Source of the DNA: Anaerolineaceae bacterium
GTDB taxonomy: Bacteria; Chloroflexota; Anaerolineae; Anaerolineales; Anaerolineaceae
Assembly (NCBI GenBank): GCA_018060515.1
Contig: JAGOVY010000001.1
Location: forward strand, 1-57,096
Direction: 5' to 3'
DNA length: 57,096 nucleotides
The notes under the pieces were generated by a model. That model made no database searches. It had not been told where the DNA came from and saw only the letters and a program-made list of their open reading frames with translations. The stretch's first letter is position 1. Each line of letters opens with the position of its first letter. Shown in pieces: positions 55,062 through 57,096 of the stretch. The translations under genes were made by a program, and so were the position numbers.

Positions 55062-55098
55062 GTTGATGGGGAGTGTTACTCCCCATCAACGGTTTTTT
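55062..55098 (+). terminator. strong intrinsic-terminator-shaped hairpin oriented for the plus strand, with no plus-strand gene upstream
   Basis: 12-bp stem GTTGATGGGGAG / CTCCCCATCAAC with loop TGTTA, followed by GGTTTTTTAT. Confidence 0.5.
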
Positions 55099-55102
55099 AT
55101 GC

Positions 55103-55258
55103 TTATTTGCCCAATATTAAAGCCAGGACAAGCAAGACAAGCGCAACCGGTACTACATAAACCAGCATTCGATATTCAGCAACTTCCATGAATTTCTTTT
55201 TTGGTTCTGGTGCATTTTCTGTGCCGGTTTCTTTGTTGCTTTTCAATTCTTCTGCCAT
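55103..55258 (-). CDS. possible 51-aa single-TM peptide, translationally coupled to coxG (not in ORF track)
   Basis: The ATG lies inside the last codons of coxG (ATGGCAGAAGAATTGA). Translation: MAEELKSNKETGTENAPEPKKKFMEVAEYRMLVYVVPVALVLLVLALILGK. Confidence 0.3.
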   Translation of the reverse strand: MAEELKSNKETGTENAPEPKKKFMEVAEYRMLVYVVPVALVLLVLALILGK

Positions 55259-55698
55259 CTTTCCTCCAAAATCTTATCGAGTTTATCAAACACAGTTTTG
55301 AACATTGATTTGGCGACGCTGTCGATCATTCTTTGTCCAACACTGGCAAGAGTACCGCCTATGTTTGCTTCTCCGGTGTACCTTAACAAAGTTGTCTCGT
55401 CACCAAGATCTTCAAACTTTACATAACCGACTCCTTTAACGAAACCTGCTCCGCCTTTCCCTTCAATAATCAGGGTGACGCTTTCTGGCGGAACCTCATC
55501 GGTTAGCGTGAGATTTCCCGAAAAGTTGGCAGATACCGGCCCTACGCGAATGCCTATGGCCGCTTCGTAATGAGATTCATCGAGCTTGACCATCTTCTGC
55601 ATCCCCGGCACTGCTGCACCGAGGGCATCAGGGTCATTGAACATCTCATAAACGACTTCACGAGGAGCATGAAAAAGATGCTCTCCTTCTACTTTCAT
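55243..55698 (-). CDS. coxG: CoxG / SRPBCC-family protein (carbon monoxide dehydrogenase subunit G-like)
   Basis: MKVEGEHLFHAPREVVYEMFNDPDALGAAVPGMQKM...GPVSANFSGNLTLTD...GGAGFVKG...GGTLASVGQRMIDSVAKSMFKTVF. Confidence 0.85.
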   Translation of the reverse strand: MKVEGEHLFHAPREVVYEMFNDPDALGAAVPGMQKMVKLDESHYEAAIGIRVGPVSANFSGNLTLTDEVPPESVTLIIEGKGGAGFVKGVGYVKFEDLGDETTLLRYTGEANIGGTLASVGQRMIDSVAKSMFKTVFDKLDKILEERWQKN

Positions 55699-55769
55699 AA
55701 CACTCTTCCTCCTATTTCGTTTCGTAAAGATTTCAGGTGTTTTTCAATTTTACACCTGAGTTTCAATTC

Positions 55770-57096
55770 TTATGCTTTATTGAGGTATCCAAAAACCACG
55801 CTTGGCGACAGATTGGATTCAAGTAGTTCCAATTTTTTGTCGTAGAAAGCGTCTTCAAATGCCTGTGCAAAAGCTGGGGGCGGCGGCAGTGCGCCAGCTT
55901 CACCCACACCTTTGATTCCAAGTGGGTTCAATGGGCTCGGTGTGTGCAGATGCCCCATTTCGATCTTCTTGGGCATATCTGAGGCCAGTGGCATGAGGTA
56001 ATCCATGAACGAAGCGGTCAATAACTGCCCATTTTCGTCGTATACCAATTTCTCGTAAAACGCATTGCCAATTCCCATAGAAACACCGCCATGCAATTGT
56101 CCTTCGAGAATCAGCGGGTTGATGACCGTGCCGCAGTCGTGGACGAGCACAAAGCGCTCAATCTTGGGTAAGAGGGTTTCTTCATCAATTTCCAATATCA
56201 CCGCACAAGCTCCTGAACCTGTGGCGCCATGCGGCGGGCCATAGTACGCGGTGGCTTCAAGGCCGGGTTCAACACCAGGCTCAACTACACCCCGCATGGG
56301 GTTCGCCAGGGCAGCCAGCGTGCCCAAAGAGATCGCGGTTTCAGGTTTGCCTTTGACACATACACTGCCCACGCCAAGTTCGACTTCGTCTTCAGGTACG
56401 CCAAGCGCCTTGCTGGCAGTGGTAAAGACTTTGGCGCGAACCTTCTGGCTGGCCAGATGGGTAGCCGTGCCCACCAGCGTGGCGCCGCGGCTGGCAAAGG
56501 TGCCTGCCCCCCATGCAAAGTGCCCCGTATCTCCGGTAATCACTTTTACATCTTCCACATTCACATTCAGCGCATCAGCCACAATCTGCGCAAACACGGT
56601 GAAATGCCCCTGCCCCTGCGAGCTATAGCCGGTAGTTAATGTGACCTTGCCATTGGTACTTACGGTTAATTTTACACCCTCGTACGGGCCAACCGCAGTG
56701 CCTTCGGTAAAGGCTACCACGCCGATCCCAAGCCGTTTGCCTTCTTTGCGCGCTTTGGGTTGAATTTCCTTGCGGAATTTATCGTATTCGACCATATCCA
56801 AACACATATTCATCGCGCCAAGATAATCACCGCTGTCGAGCACGCCTTCCACAAAGTCTTGGCCAATAATCCCTGTTTTAACCGGAAATTCTTCGGGTTT
56901 AAGCAGGTTTTTCAACCGTAGTTCAACCGGGTCCATTCCCATTTCACGCGCTGCAAAGTCAATCATACGCTCCATAGCGTGAATGCCTTCTGAGCGGCCA
57001 GCGCCGCGTACGGGGGTTACAACCATCTGGTTGGTAAAGACCATGCGGATTTCTGTGTAAAAATTCGGTACGCGGTAATTGCTCACTGTGTGGGTT
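55770..57096 (-). CDS. CoxL/xanthine-dehydrogenase-family molybdopterin subunit, C-terminal ~440 codons; the 5' end lies beyond the window end
   Basis: The frame stays open upstream of the ORF-track GTG (57086) to the window edge. Motifs: VRGAGRSEG, GYSSQGQGHFTVFAQIVAD, and a C-terminal GIKGVGEAGALPPPPAFAQAFEDA. Confidence 0.87.
   Translation of the reverse strand, partial: THTVSNYRVPNFYTEIRMVFTNQMVVTPVRGAGRSEGIHAMERMIDFAAREMGMDPVELRLKNLLKPEEFPVKTGIIGQDFVEGVLDSGDYLGAMNMCLDMVEYDKFRKEIQPKARKEGKRLGIGVVAFTEGTAVGPYEGVKLTVSTNGKVTLTTGYSSQGQGHFTVFAQIVADALNVNVEDVKVITGDTGHFAWGAGTFASRGATLVGTATHLASQKVRAKVFTTASKALGVPEDEVELGVGSVCVKGKPETAISLGTLAALANPMRGVVEPGVEPGLEATAYYGPPHGATGSGACAVILEIDEETLLPKIERFVLVHDCGTVINPLILEGQLHGGVSMGIGNAFYEKLVYDENGQLLTASFMDYLMPLASDMPKKIEMGHLHTPSPLNPLGIKGVGEAGALPPPPAFAQAFEDAFYDKKLELLESNLSPSVVFGYLNKA

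Overview
This is a 57.1-kb, densely coded chromosomal window with about 60 CDS, 2 tRNAs, and no rRNA, CRISPR or intact mobile element. Gene content and protein style (Pro/Thr/Ala-rich lipoprotein linkers, a large MalT-like/SARP regulator, anaerobe-type energy genes) fit a Chloroflexota/Anaerolineae-like anaerobe, but I cannot verify that here.

Main blocks, in window order:
(1) 1-3400: a polysaccharide glycosyltransferase fragment, tRNA(CAT), a GT-C-like membrane protein, tRNA-Phe and a DUF2877/AllH-like gene.
(2) 3417-8753, minus strand: GNAT-like and cyclase genes, then a four-gene Na+-translocating biotin decarboxylase operon in methylmalonyl-CoA decarboxylase-like order.
(3) 8939-18756, minus strand: one long operon. 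It encodes a three-subunit xanthine-dehydrogenase-family molybdoenzyme, a cytosine-deaminase-like amidohydrolase and a BMP-family (nucleoside-type) ABC importer.
(4) 18757-20570: an AT-rich non-coding stretch followed by a LytTR/DUF3021 module.
(5) 20827-25912: DegV and PhnD/PhnC/fused-PhnE phosphonate-type uptake genes.
(6) 28198-33802: a 1077-aa STAND-TPR-SARP regulator. It is followed by a direct-repeat promoter and a cluster of a 35-aa peptide, DUF5317, a 94-aa NHLP-like protein and an HD-GYP protein.
(7) 33924-39817: patatin, DUF364, and a PadR-controlled FecBCD-type ABC importer with a DUF2478-like NTPase.
(8) 39903-43864: a DAK2-like repeat protein, a methyltransferase and a GT-C glycosyltransferase.
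(9) 43866-50880: the most interesting block, a complete bacterial microcompartment (BMC) locus of the sugar-phosphate-utilisation type. It has a GntR regulator with a palindromic operator, RpiB, DeoC, an acylating aldehyde dehydrogenase and EutJ. The shell genes are 1 BMC-H, 1 CsoS1D-like BMC-T and 3 BMC-P. Terminal amphipathic encapsulation-peptide-like helices occur on four proteins.
(10) 51126-57096, minus strand: a cytochrome-c lipoprotein cluster, an NCS2 nucleobase permease, CoxG and a second, edge-truncated CoxL-type molybdoenzyme.

All functional calls come from reading the translated ORFs by eye. No database search was possible.
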